A stretch of DNA of 64,000 nt, taken from assembly GCA_965212055.1 (NCBI GenBank), contig OZ243041.1, positions 320,001 to 384,000 on the forward strand. Direction: 5' to 3'. The notes below the pieces were generated by a model, which saw nothing but the letters and a program-made list of their open reading frames with translations, did no database searches and was not told the DNA's origin. Below, piece after piece: positions 8,898 to 18,246 of the stretch. Position 1 is the first letter of the stretch. Every line of letters starts with the position of its first letter. The stretch comes from Fidelibacterota bacterium (GTDB taxonomy: Bacteria; Fidelibacterota; Marinisomatia; Marinisomatales; Marinisomataceae). Made by a program: the position numbers and the translations under genes.

Positions 8898-10714
8898 TGA
8901 AGAAATTATTATTATTATTTTATTTTTCAATATTGTTTGGTCAACAATTTGATGATCCAGCTGATTTTAGGTTTAGTATAGATGATATAAGGCAAGGAGA
9001 AGTCGCTCTTATAACTTTGGATACAGAACTTGAATATGGTTGGCATATTTATGCAATATATGATGTTCCAGATGGCCCTGAATCAACAACTGTCAGAATA
9101 GAAGGCTCAATTGTTAATCAAGTTGGTAGAATTATTGAACCTCAACCAATTGAAGATTTTGATGAAGGGTTTATGATTATCACAAAGTATCATAAAAATA
9201 AACCACAATTTAAAATACCAGTTCAAATTAGTGATGATACTCCTTTAGGATCTTATAGTTTTAAGTGTACAGTAAGATATCAAGTATGTAACGAAGGCTT
9301 ATGTTATCCTCCTAATGAATACACAGAAACTTTAACGTTTAGTGTTATAGATGGGGATATTAGAAATGAATATGCTATTGCTAGTTTTTCTTTTGATGAA
9401 AGATCTATATTGGACGTAACAGATAATAAAATAGGATCCTTTCTTTTGTTGGCACTCAGCATGGGGTTTTTGGCACTATTAACTCCTTGTGTATTTCCAA
9501 TGATACCTATTACAATCTCTTTTTTCTTGAAGAGAAGTGAAGATAAAAATACTTCACCTGTTAAAGGGGCTTTTGTTTATATGCTTGGGATTGTGATGAC
9601 ATTTACATTGCTTGGGATGTTGCTAGCTATCTTCCTTGGCGCTTCTGGAGCAACGCAACTTGCCTCTAATCCTTATGTAAATCTGTTTATTGCTTTTCTG
9701 TTTGCCTATTTTGCTTTTTCACTTTTTGGTTTTTATGAAATTGATCTTCCTCAATCATTGAAGCGTTTTTCACTCCAGAGAGAAAACTCTGAAGGATATG
9801 CAGGTATATTGTTTATGGCTTTAACTTTTACTATTACTTCTTTTACATGTACAGTGGCATTTATGGGTCTAATACTGGTTGCAGCATCACAAGGGCAATG
9901 GTTTTGGCCTATTATTGGTATGTTAATATTTAGTTTAGCTTTTGCATCTCCTTTTTTCTTATTAGCTCTTTTTCCACACTATTTAACAAAACTACCACAA
10001 TCTGGTAATTGGCTCAATTCAGTAAAAGTAATAATGGGATTTTTAGAAATAGCAGCAGCATTTAAATTTATTAGCAATACAGACTTAGTGTGGAATTGGA
10101 ATATTTTTACTTATGAAATTGTCCTTTTTTCTTGGTCTGTAATAATATTCTTATGTTTTTTATATCTTTTGGGTCTTATTCGTTTTAAAAATGACTCAAA
10201 AATATCTTTTTCAAGTATGCGTTTAGATCAGACAATTATGCGTGTAGTTTTTGCAATTCCATTTCTATTGTTTAGTCTATATTTGGTATCAGGGAATTTC
10301 GGATATAATATTAACGGCACTATTGAATCATATTTGCCTCCAAAGAAAGCACATTCTAATCTGGATTGGGTAAATTCTTTAGAAGAAGGTTTTCGCTTAG
10401 CAAAAGCAGACAATAGGAATATATTTATTGATTTTACAGGAGTTACATGCACCAACTGTCGCTGGATGGAGACTAATATATTCACAGAAGAATCTGTGGA
10501 AGAATTAATGCAAAAATTTGTTTTAGTTAGCCTATATACTGATGCTGGAGAAAATTATATTCAGAAAAGGGAGTATCAAATTAATAGATTTAAAACTGCT
10601 GCACTTCCTTATTATGTTATTTTAGATAAAAATGACTTTGTTATTGGAGAATTTCCGGGAATGTCAAGAAATGTAAATGATTTTCAAGATTTTCTAAGAA
10701 AAGGATTAAATTAA
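8897..10714 (+). CDS. dsbD: Protein-disulfide reductase DsbD family (N-terminal DsbC-like, TM and thioredoxin domains)
   Basis: GWHIY and QVCNEGLCYPP in the N-domain, LTPCVFPMIP and FTCT TM cysteines, DFTGVTCTNC thioredoxin motif. Confidence 0.92.
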   Translation: MKKLLLLFYFSILFGQQFDDPADFRFSIDDIRQGEVALITLDTELEYGWHIYAIYDVPDGPESTTVRIEGSIVNQVGRIIEPQPIEDFDEGFMIITKYHKNKPQFKIPVQISDDTPLGSYSFKCTVRYQVCNEGLCYPPNEYTETLTFSVIDGDIRNEYAIASFSFDERSILDVTDNKIGSFLLLALSMGFLALLTPCVFPMIPITISFFLKRSEDKNTSPVKGAFVYMLGIVMTFTLLGMLLAIFLGASGATQLASNPYVNLFIAFLFAYFAFSLFGFYEIDLPQSLKRFSLQRENSEGYAGILFMALTFTITSFTCTVAFMGLILVAASQGQWFWPIIGMLIFSLAFASPFFLLALFPHYLTKLPQSGNWLNSVKVIMGFLEIAAAFKFISNTDLVWNWNIFTYEIVLFSWSVIIFLCFLYLLGLIRFKNDSKISFSSMRLDQTIMRVVFAIPFLLFSLYLVSGNFGYNINGTIESYLPPKKAHSNLDWVNSLEEGFRLAKADNRNIFIDFTGVTCTNCRWMETNIFTEESVEELMQKFVLVSLYTDAGENYIQKREYQINRFKTAALPYYVILDKNDFVIGEFPGMSRNVNDFQDFLRKGLN

Positions 10715-10757
10715 TTATGGAACTTATTTTAAGGTTCTTTATTTAAATAAAACAATT

Positions 10758-12164
10758 ATGAAAAAACTAATTATATCAATTATTACAATATCATTTGTTT
10801 TTGGTCAAAATCCTGTTTTTCAACAGTTTAGTACTTTATTTGCTGATATAGTTGAAGATGTAAACCAATCCGTTGTTACAATTACTGCCAAGAAAACCTA
10901 TACAATGAATAAAGAGGTTCAAGATTTCTATCGATTTTGGGGTAGAAATATTCCTGATTCTTACCAGGGAAGATCATTGGGTTCTGGTGTGATAGTAGAT
11001 GCAGATAATGGTTATGTTATTACTAACCATCATGTTGTATTTGATAATGGAAAACCTGTAGATGAAATCATTATAGAATTGATGGATAAGAGAATGTTTG
11101 ATGCAGAAATTGTAGGTCTTGATGAAGGGACTGATTTAGCTATTTTAAAGATTGAAGCTGATAATTTGAAATCTGTTAAAGTGGGAGATTCTGATAAGGT
11201 TAGAGTTGGTGAATGGGTATTAGCCATAGGAAGTCCTTTTTCTGCAAATTTGAGTCATACAGTTACTGCAGGTATTGTGAGCGCAGTAGGACGTGATAAT
11301 GTGATGACGCAGGGCGGTGATAAATATCAAGATTTTATTCAAACTGATGCCGCAATTAATCCAGGAAATAGTGGTGGAGCATTATTAAATATGGCAGGAG
11401 AATTAATTGGTATTAATGCAGCAATTATTTCTGGATCAAGATCTAGTGCAGGAGTTGGATTTGCTATCCCATCCAACATAGTGAAAAAAGTTAAGGATGA
11501 TTTAGTCGTAAAAGGATACGTTGTACGTTCTTTCTTGGGAATCTACATGCAAGATATTAATGAAGATATCTATGAAGCAATGGAACTTGAATCAATGCGA
11601 GGAACGATAATAGGTGAAGTTGTTCCAGATAGTCCAGCTGATAAAGCTGGTTTAGAAGAAAGTGATATCATTGTAGGTTTTGAGGATCAGAAGATTAATA
11701 ATGGATCAGAATTAAAAAATTTAGTATCAAATAGTATTCCAGGATCAAAAATAAAGCTTAAAATTCTTCGTTCAGGAAGGAATGAAGATATTTATGTAGT
11801 TTTGGAAGAAAAATCGGTTGATGGGTTAGCATCTATGGGTGATATGTATAGAGACAAGCAATTTGGACTTACTGTTGCCAATATATCTGACACTTTAATA
11901 GAAAAATTTGATATTCTTTCTAAAAGTTCCGGTTGGTCAGACGGTTCAGATTTAAAGGGTATTATTGTGACCGAGATATTGCCTGACGGTATTGCTGAAC
12001 AAGCTGGTTTTGAACTTGGTGATCTAATAAATCGTGTAGGACAAAAAAAGATTTCCAATATTAATGAGTTCATTAATGAAATAGAACAATACGAAGAAGA
12101 TAGAAAAATTTTGGTTCTAGTAAAACGCGGTAGAGCGTCTAGATTCTTAACACTTCGAAGATAA
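10758..12164 (+). CDS. degP: Do/DegP-family periplasmic serine protease with two PDZ domains
   Basis: TNHHV, DLAILK, QTDAAINPGNSGG; signal peptide; PDZ repeats. Confidence 0.93.
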   Translation: MKKLIISIITISFVFGQNPVFQQFSTLFADIVEDVNQSVVTITAKKTYTMNKEVQDFYRFWGRNIPDSYQGRSLGSGVIVDADNGYVITNHHVVFDNGKPVDEIIIELMDKRMFDAEIVGLDEGTDLAILKIEADNLKSVKVGDSDKVRVGEWVLAIGSPFSANLSHTVTAGIVSAVGRDNVMTQGGDKYQDFIQTDAAINPGNSGGALLNMAGELIGINAAIISGSRSSAGVGFAIPSNIVKKVKDDLVVKGYVVRSFLGIYMQDINEDIYEAMELESMRGTIIGEVVPDSPADKAGLEESDIIVGFEDQKINNGSELKNLVSNSIPGSKIKLKILRSGRNEDIYVVLEEKSVDGLASMGDMYRDKQFGLTVANISDTLIEKFDILSKSSGWSDGSDLKGIIVTEILPDGIAEQAGFELGDLINRVGQKKISNINEFINEIEQYEEDRKILVLVKRGRASRFLTLRR

Positions 12165-12176
12165 ATTCTAATCAAA

Positions 12177-12205
12177 TTGCAATAATTCGACATTTCTTAT
12201 AAGTT
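12177..12205 (+). promoter_or_regulatory. Putative sigma70 promoter of the ileS operon
   Basis: TTGCAA (12177-12182), 17-bp spacer, TAAGTT (12200-12205). Confidence 0.45.
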
Positions 12206-12220
12206 CATAGTTAATTCACT

Positions 12221-15200
12221 ATGGGCATAAAAAAAGAAAATCCAAAAGCAGATTTTATATCAATTGAACACGATATACTTAATTTTTGGGAAAAGAATGA
12301 TATCTTTCAAAAATTAATCAAACAGAACTCCAAAGGTAAGAAATGGAGTTTTCTTGATGGTCCAATTACTGCGAATAATCCAATGGGAGTTCATCATGCA
12401 TGGGGAAGAACGTTAAAAGATGTTTATCAACGTTATAAGGCTATGAATGGATATCAATTACGCTATCAGAACGGTTTTGATTGTCAAGGATTATGGGTAG
12501 AGGTTGAAGTAGAAAAAGAACTTGGTATTAAATCTAAAAAAGAGGTGGAAGATCTTGGTATAGAAAAATTTGTTAATCTCTGTAAAGAAAGAGTACAAAA
12601 ATATTCAAAAATCCAAACGGATCAATCTAAAAGACTAGGTTATTGGATGGATTGGGATAATTCATATTATACCATGTCGGATGATAACAATTATGCAATT
12701 TGGTCTTTTCTAAAAAAATTGTTTGAAGAAGACAAAATTTATCGTGGAACAGATGTTGTTCCATGGTCTGGTAGGTCAGGCACTTCTTATTCTCAGATGG
12801 AAATTATTGAAGGTCGTAAACTAACTGTTCATAAAGGTGTTTTTGTAAAATTTCCCTTAAAAGATCATAAGAATGAAAATTTACTTATCTGGACTACAAC
12901 ACCATGGACTCTATCTTCAAATATTGCTGTAGCAATTAATACAAAATTAAATTATGCAAAAATAGCTTTACCTGATGGTTCTATTTATTATGTTGCTGAA
13001 AATAATTTAAAGTTTCAGCGTCTTGCTAAAGAATTCTCTGAAAAGAAAAACTGGGTTAAAGGAACCCCTAAACTAAAAACTTTAGATCAAATTTTTAAGG
13101 AGAGAGGAGGATATGAAGTTATTGAAGTGCTCAAAGGTAAAGACATGCTTGGTTGGAATTACGAAGGACCTTATGATTATCTTGATGCACAAAATAATAA
13201 TGGAGGTTATCCAAATATTAATGTTGAATTGGAAAAAAAAGAAGTTAATGCAGTTCAATGTCATGTTATTGTTGATGGAGGAAAAGATTCAGAAGGAAAT
13301 GATATGGTAGTTGAAGGAGAAGGGACTGGCATAGTTCATATGGCCGGAGGGTGCGGATCAATAGATAGTAAAATTTGTAAGAAAAATAATTTTGTTGAAA
13401 TATCACCGATTGATAATCAAGCTAATTTTGTTGAAGGTTTTGATTTTTTATCTGGTCTTAATGCAACCGATGAAAAAACTTCAGAAAAAATATTACAAGA
13501 CTTAAAAAAGAGAGATTTATTGCTTTATGCAGAAGATTACCCTCATGTATATCCACATTGTTGGCGATCAGGAGATGAGCTTGTTTTTAAACAAGTAAAC
13601 GAATGGTATATAAACATGGATTGGAGAGATAGAATTAAAAATGTTGTCGATGAAATTAATTGGCTTCCAGAATGGGGATCAGATAGTGAACATAATTGGT
13701 TAGACAATATGGGTGATTGGATGATTTCAAAAAAACGATTTTGGGGATTAGCATTACCAATATGGACATTCGAAGATGGAAGTTTTTATGTTGTTGGCTC
13801 AAAGGAAGAGTTGGAAAAACTTGCTGTTGAAGGATGGGATAAATTTGAAGGTAAGAGTCCTCATCGTCCTTGGATTGATCATGTTAAAATTAAACACCCT
13901 GAGACAGGTTTAGTTGGGAGTAGAATTGAAGATGTTGGAAACCCGTGGCTTGATGCAGGTATTGTTCCTTTTTCTACTCTAGGTTATTTTGAAAATAATG
14001 AATATTGGAAAGAATGGTTTCCTGCTGACTTTATTACGGAATGTTTCCCTGGCCAATTTAGAAATTGGTTTTACTCTTTGCTTGCTATGTCAAGTTTTCT
14101 AGAGAACAAAGCTCCTTTTAAAACTCTTCTTGGTCATGCCTTAGTTAAAGATGAAGATGGGAAAGAAATGCATAAAACTGCAGGTAATGCAATTTGGTTT
14201 GATGATGCGGCTGAAAAAATGGGTGTAGATGTTATGCGATGGATGTACATAAGGCAAAATGTAGAGAATAATCTATTATTTGGATATGGTAAGGCTGATG
14301 ATGTGAGAAAAAGATTAATTAGTTTTTGGAATATTTATTCTTTTTTCTGCACCTATGCTAGTGTTGATAAATTCAAGCCTGATGCACAAAAAATTAACCC
14401 TAAAGATTACGCATTATTAGATAAATGGATTATTGCAAAAGTTAATTTATTAATTAAGGAATCTTCTATTCATTATGACAGATTTGAGGCAGATAAATTA
14501 TTAAAAAAAGTCGAATTATTTATTGATGATTTATCGAATTGGTACATTAGAAGAAATAGAAGAAGATTTTGGAAGAGCGAAAATGATAAAGATAAATTTG
14601 TGGCATATCAGACTTTATATGAGGTGTTGTTATCAGTAATTAAGATTTTGTCTCCAATCTTACCATTTGTAACAGAACATATGTATAAGAATATTTCTAA
14701 AGAGAAATTCGAAAGTGTCCATTTATCTCCTTATCCTGATTCTGATGAGAAAAAAATTGATTTAGAACTTTTGAAGAAAGTTGATGTATTGAAAAAAGTG
14801 ATGGAAGGAGGACGAGCTGCAAGAAAGAAAGCTAATGTGAAAGTAAGACAGCCTTTATCCGAGATAAAAATCTATGAAAATGATTCCAATATTGCTGAAT
14901 TTATAATGAACCAGAAAGAAATTATCCTCGATGAATTAAATATAAAAAAAGTTACAATTACTGATCAAGTTGAAATGATGGGATCTTTTACAATAAAACC
15001 AAATTTTAGAACTTTATCTTCAAAATTTGGGGAAGATATGCAAGAGATTGTAAAGATTGTATCTACAATGGATGAATATTCAACAATTAAAAAATATCTA
15101 CACAATGAAAAGCTTTTTTCAGAAGATTTTGATATTATTAATGAAGATGTAGTTATTCAGATTAAAGGTGGAAAAGATGAAGAAGCATTTTTTTCTCATA

Positions 15201-15508
15201 ATGTTATTGTTTCTATTAATACAAAGATAGACGATAATCTAAAAACAGAAGGGTTGGTAAGAGAAGTTATTAGACATATCCAAATCATGAGAAAAGAAGC
15301 AAACTTTGATGTTGATGATAGAATTATACTATCTAATAATTTTTCCGATGATATAGTTAACGCTATTGAAAAACATAAACAATATTTTATGAATGAAATA
15401 TTATGTACAGATATTGTGGACAAATTGGAAAATAGTGATTATAATTCCGTTTTTAGTTATGAAAAGAACAATTTTAGTATTTTCATAAAAAAACAAGAGA
15501 ATAAATAA
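12221..15508 (+). CDS. ileS: Isoleucine--tRNA ligase, type 2 (IleRS2)
   Basis: DGPITANNPMGVHH, GFDCQGLWVE, WTTTPWTL, DWMISKKRFWG, EMHKT, SNWYIRRNRRRFW; long C-terminus without an IleRS1 zinc finger. Confidence 0.97.
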   Translation: MGIKKENPKADFISIEHDILNFWEKNDIFQKLIKQNSKGKKWSFLDGPITANNPMGVHHAWGRTLKDVYQRYKAMNGYQLRYQNGFDCQGLWVEVEVEKELGIKSKKEVEDLGIEKFVNLCKERVQKYSKIQTDQSKRLGYWMDWDNSYYTMSDDNNYAIWSFLKKLFEEDKIYRGTDVVPWSGRSGTSYSQMEIIEGRKLTVHKGVFVKFPLKDHKNENLLIWTTTPWTLSSNIAVAINTKLNYAKIALPDGSIYYVAENNLKFQRLAKEFSEKKNWVKGTPKLKTLDQIFKERGGYEVIEVLKGKDMLGWNYEGPYDYLDAQNNNGGYPNINVELEKKEVNAVQCHVIVDGGKDSEGNDMVVEGEGTGIVHMAGGCGSIDSKICKKNNFVEISPIDNQANFVEGFDFLSGLNATDEKTSEKILQDLKKRDLLLYAEDYPHVYPHCWRSGDELVFKQVNEWYINMDWRDRIKNVVDEINWLPEWGSDSEHNWLDNMGDWMISKKRFWGLALPIWTFEDGSFYVVGSKEELEKLAVEGWDKFEGKSPHRPWIDHVKIKHPETGLVGSRIEDVGNPWLDAGIVPFSTLGYFENNEYWKEWFPADFITECFPGQFRNWFYSLLAMSSFLENKAPFKTLLGHALVKDEDGKEMHKTAGNAIWFDDAAEKMGVDVMRWMYIRQNVENNLLFGYGKADDVRKRLISFWNIYSFFCTYASVDKFKPDAQKINPKDYALLDKWIIAKVNLLIKESSIHYDRFEADKLLKKVELFIDDLSNWYIRRNRRRFWKSENDKDKFVAYQTLYEVLLSVIKILSPILPFVTEHMYKNISKEKFESVHLSPYPDSDEKKIDLELLKKVDVLKKVMEGGRAARKKANVKVRQPLSEIKIYENDSNIAEFIMNQKEIILDELNIKKVTITDQVEMMGSFTIKPNFRTLSSKFGEDMQEIVKIVSTMDEYSTIKKYLHNEKLFSEDFDIINEDVVIQIKGGKDEEAFFSHNVIVSINTKIDDNLKTEGLVREVIRHIQIMRKEANFDVDDRIILSNNFSDDIVNAIEKHKQYFMNEILCTDIVDKLENSDYNSVFSYEKNNFSIFIKKQENK

Positions 15509-15509
15509 A

Positions 15510-15920
15510 TTGAAAAAGAAAAAATATCCAAAAACTAAACTTGCAATGTTTAGAAAAAATATTCTTCTAAAAATAGAAGAAGTTAATGATAACATTAAAG
15601 GTATACGTTCAACTACCTCAAATGATTCTTCAATGTTTTCAGATAATGCTTCAGAAGATCATAATGAAGGCACAGAAGCTCACGAGGTAGAAAAAAGTTT
15701 CTTGTTAATGTCTCGTGAGTCTGATTACGTGACAAATCTACAAAAAGCACTTCATAGAATTGATACTGGTACCTATGGTATCTGTGAAGTTTATCAAGAT
15801 GATCCAGAAAAGTGTGAATGTCCCGATTCTCCCCTAATCCCTGAAGAAAGATTATTCGAAGTTCCAAATGCTACTAAAGGTGTTTTCTGTAAAGAGAAAA
15901 AGAAACTGAATTTATTATGA
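15510..15920 (+). CDS. dksA: TraR/DksA family transcription factor
   Basis: Coiled coil, ALHRIDTGTYGIC, IPEERLFEVPNAT; conserved ileS-dksA-lspA order; TTG start. Confidence 0.85.
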   Translation: MKKKKYPKTKLAMFRKNILLKIEEVNDNIKGIRSTTSNDSSMFSDNASEDHNEGTEAHEVEKSFLLMSRESDYVTNLQKALHRIDTGTYGICEVYQDDPEKCECPDSPLIPEERLFEVPNATKGVFCKEKKKLNLL

Positions 15921-16372
15921 GATTTCTCTTAATCTGCTTCATTGTATTGATTGATCAGATTTCAAAAAATTATATCTATCAAAACAAAGTTCAATACGAT
16001 AATATAGTTTCAGTTATTGAAGGGATACTGAATTTTACATATGTTGAAAACACAGGAATTGCATTTGGTATTTTTTCTGATTTTGATGGATTAAAAGTAG
16101 TCTTTATTGTAGTTCCTATACTAATTACACTATATTTATTTTCACTATTGAACAATAAGGAGTTTCAGAATCCTTTTTCACATATTTCTTTGCTTCTAAT
16201 AATTAGTGGAGCTATAGGGAACATTATCGATAGAATTTTCAGGGGGCATGTAATTGATTTCATGCAATTTGATATCGATATTTTCCCGTATATATTCAAT
16301 ATTGCAGATTCTTCAGTAACAATAGGATTGTTATTGTTGCTTTATAGCTCTATAATTGTTCAAAGGCGATAA
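15917..16372 (+). CDS. lspA: Lipoprotein signal peptidase II
   Basis: DQISK, NTGIAFG, GAIGNIIDR, VIDF, FNIADS. Confidence 0.96.
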   Translation: MRFLLICFIVLIDQISKNYIYQNKVQYDNIVSVIEGILNFTYVENTGIAFGIFSDFDGLKVVFIVVPILITLYLFSLLNNKEFQNPFSHISLLLIISGAIGNIIDRIFRGHVIDFMQFDIDIFPYIFNIADSSVTIGLLLLLYSSIIVQRR

Positions 16373-16375
16373 TTT

Positions 16376-17344
16376 ATGAAAATAGCGGTTTCTTCTTCAG
16401 ATGAGCTTACTAGAGTAGATCTTTTTTTATCTCAAAGATTAATAAAGTTTTCTCGCACTAATATTCAAAAAATGATTTCTAATCAATCAATTAAAGTCAA
16501 TGGTGAATGGATTAAGAAGAATGCATCTCTTAATTATGGAGATATCATAGAAATTGATTTAACTAATAAAAAAAATTTAGAAGAAACGCTATTAGAGAAA
16601 TGGAAATATCCATTAGATGTTTTGTATAAAGATAAAGATTTTGCAATTGTTAATAAACCACGTGGTATTATTGTTCACCCTGCTAAAGGAAATTATAATA
16701 AAACTCTTGTCAATATTGTTTTAGATACATTTGAACAAGATTTTGAAAGTTCTGTTGATCCTTTACGACCAGGAATTGTCCATAGATTAGATAAAGATAC
16801 TACTGGAGTGATGATTATACCATTCAGTGAATACTCACATTGGAAAATTGCTGAACAATTCCAAAATAGAACAATACAAAAAGAATATATAGCTATTACA
16901 TGGGGTTTATGGAATAAGAATGAAGGAGTCATAGATAATTTCCTTAATCGTAATAAAAAAAATCCGATAAAATTTGAAGTATCAAATACTGGAAAAAATG
17001 CAGTGTCTGGATTTAAGCTAATAAAAAGTGGAAGGTATTTATCAGCAGTAAGATTTTTTCCTAAAACAGGAAGAACTCACCAAATTAGAGCACATTGTAA
17101 AGAATTTGGATACCCAATATTTGGAGATGATTTATATAATGGTGGAATTCAAAAATCTAAAGAGTATTCTAAGGATATTCAATTACAACTGAACAATTAT
17201 TACTCTATGATTGAAGGATTCTGTCTCCATGCTTACTCAATTGAGTTTAATCACCCTTCAACGAATGAAAGAGTACAGTTTAAGATTGATCCAGATAAAA
17301 ACTTTCAAACAATATATCAAGACATATTAGATGAAAAAATTTGA
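16376..17344 (+). CDS. rluD: RluA/RluD-family 23S rRNA pseudouridine synthase with S4 domain
   Basis: VNKPRGIIVHP, GIVHRLDKDTTG, TGRTHQIR, LHA. Confidence 0.9.
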   Translation: MKIAVSSSDELTRVDLFLSQRLIKFSRTNIQKMISNQSIKVNGEWIKKNASLNYGDIIEIDLTNKKNLEETLLEKWKYPLDVLYKDKDFAIVNKPRGIIVHPAKGNYNKTLVNIVLDTFEQDFESSVDPLRPGIVHRLDKDTTGVMIIPFSEYSHWKIAEQFQNRTIQKEYIAITWGLWNKNEGVIDNFLNRNKKNPIKFEVSNTGKNAVSGFKLIKSGRYLSAVRFFPKTGRTHQIRAHCKEFGYPIFGDDLYNGGIQKSKEYSKDIQLQLNNYYSMIEGFCLHAYSIEFNHPSTNERVQFKIDPDKNFQTIYQDILDEKI

Positions 17345-18246
17345 GAATAGTAAAAATGAATTTCTATTATTTTTAGAACTTGATAGAGGTTATTCAATTC
17401 AGACTATTAGTGCTTACAGAAGAGATATAGAATTATATCAGAATTTTGTTGAAGAAAACAAATTAAATTATTTGAAGGCAAAAAAAGAAATTATCTTTGA
17501 TTTCAATCAAGTTTACAAGATGTGGTTGGTCCAAGGTCATTTGCTAGGATTTTATCAGCGCTTAGAACATTTTATAAATTTCTGCATATGGAAAATTTGG
17601 TTAATGATATAATTCTTAACGAAATTAAATCATATCCTTCTCCTAAATACAAGAAAAGTATCCCAACTTTTTTGTCAAAAAATCAAATTGAAGAAATCCT
17701 TAAAAAAATTGATTCAGATGCAAAAGAAAATGATTCTATAAAGGCAAGAAATAAAGCTTTAATAATGCTTTTTTTTACTTCAGGATTACGACTTGATGAA
17801 CTCAATTCAATAAAATACGAGATATTGATTTTTCCAATCATGTTTTAAAGGTTGTTGGGAAGGGAAATAAGGAAAGAATGGCTAGTTTTGATGATTACAC
17901 TAAAGATTTGATTATAAAATATCTAACGTCTTTCAAAAAATATCCTTTGGTAAAAAAAGCATATGATGATAATTTATTCGTTCATAAAAATAATAAGGCC
18001 CTATCGAGATATAATATCCAAGCTATTGTAATGAAAAATTTAAAAAAATTAACTTTGAATACGTATGGTCCTCATGCTTTGAGACATTCATTTGCGACTC
18101 ATTTATTAAACAATGGTGTGGGATTGAATGCTATTAAGTCTTTACTTGGGCATGAAAGTCTATCTTCAACGCAAATTTATACTCATGTTGGTGTTAGTAA
18201 ATTGAAAGAAACAATTAAGAAATCACATCCAAGAGGCGAAAAATAA
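17331..18246 (+). pseudogene. XerC/XerD-family tyrosine recombinase split into three ORFs by two apparent single-A deletions (probably sequencing error)
   Basis: Fragments 17331-17612, 17522-17848 and 17878-18246 join into one Xer protein if an A is restored near 17509 and near 17813; catalytic TSGLR, GKGNK, HALRH, LGH and TQIY all present. Confidence 0.85.

Noticed and set aside
17478..17490. A7G run in the xer gene as a programmed -1 frameshift site
   Set aside because: A -1 slip here meets TGA at about 17498-17500; the frame switch must lie after that stop
17331..18246. Tyrosine recombinase as the integrase of the 20.3-23.7 kb islet
   Set aside because: It looks like a housekeeping XerC/D embedded in the ileS-pckA operon, separated from the islet by pckA and greA; no att-like repeats seen
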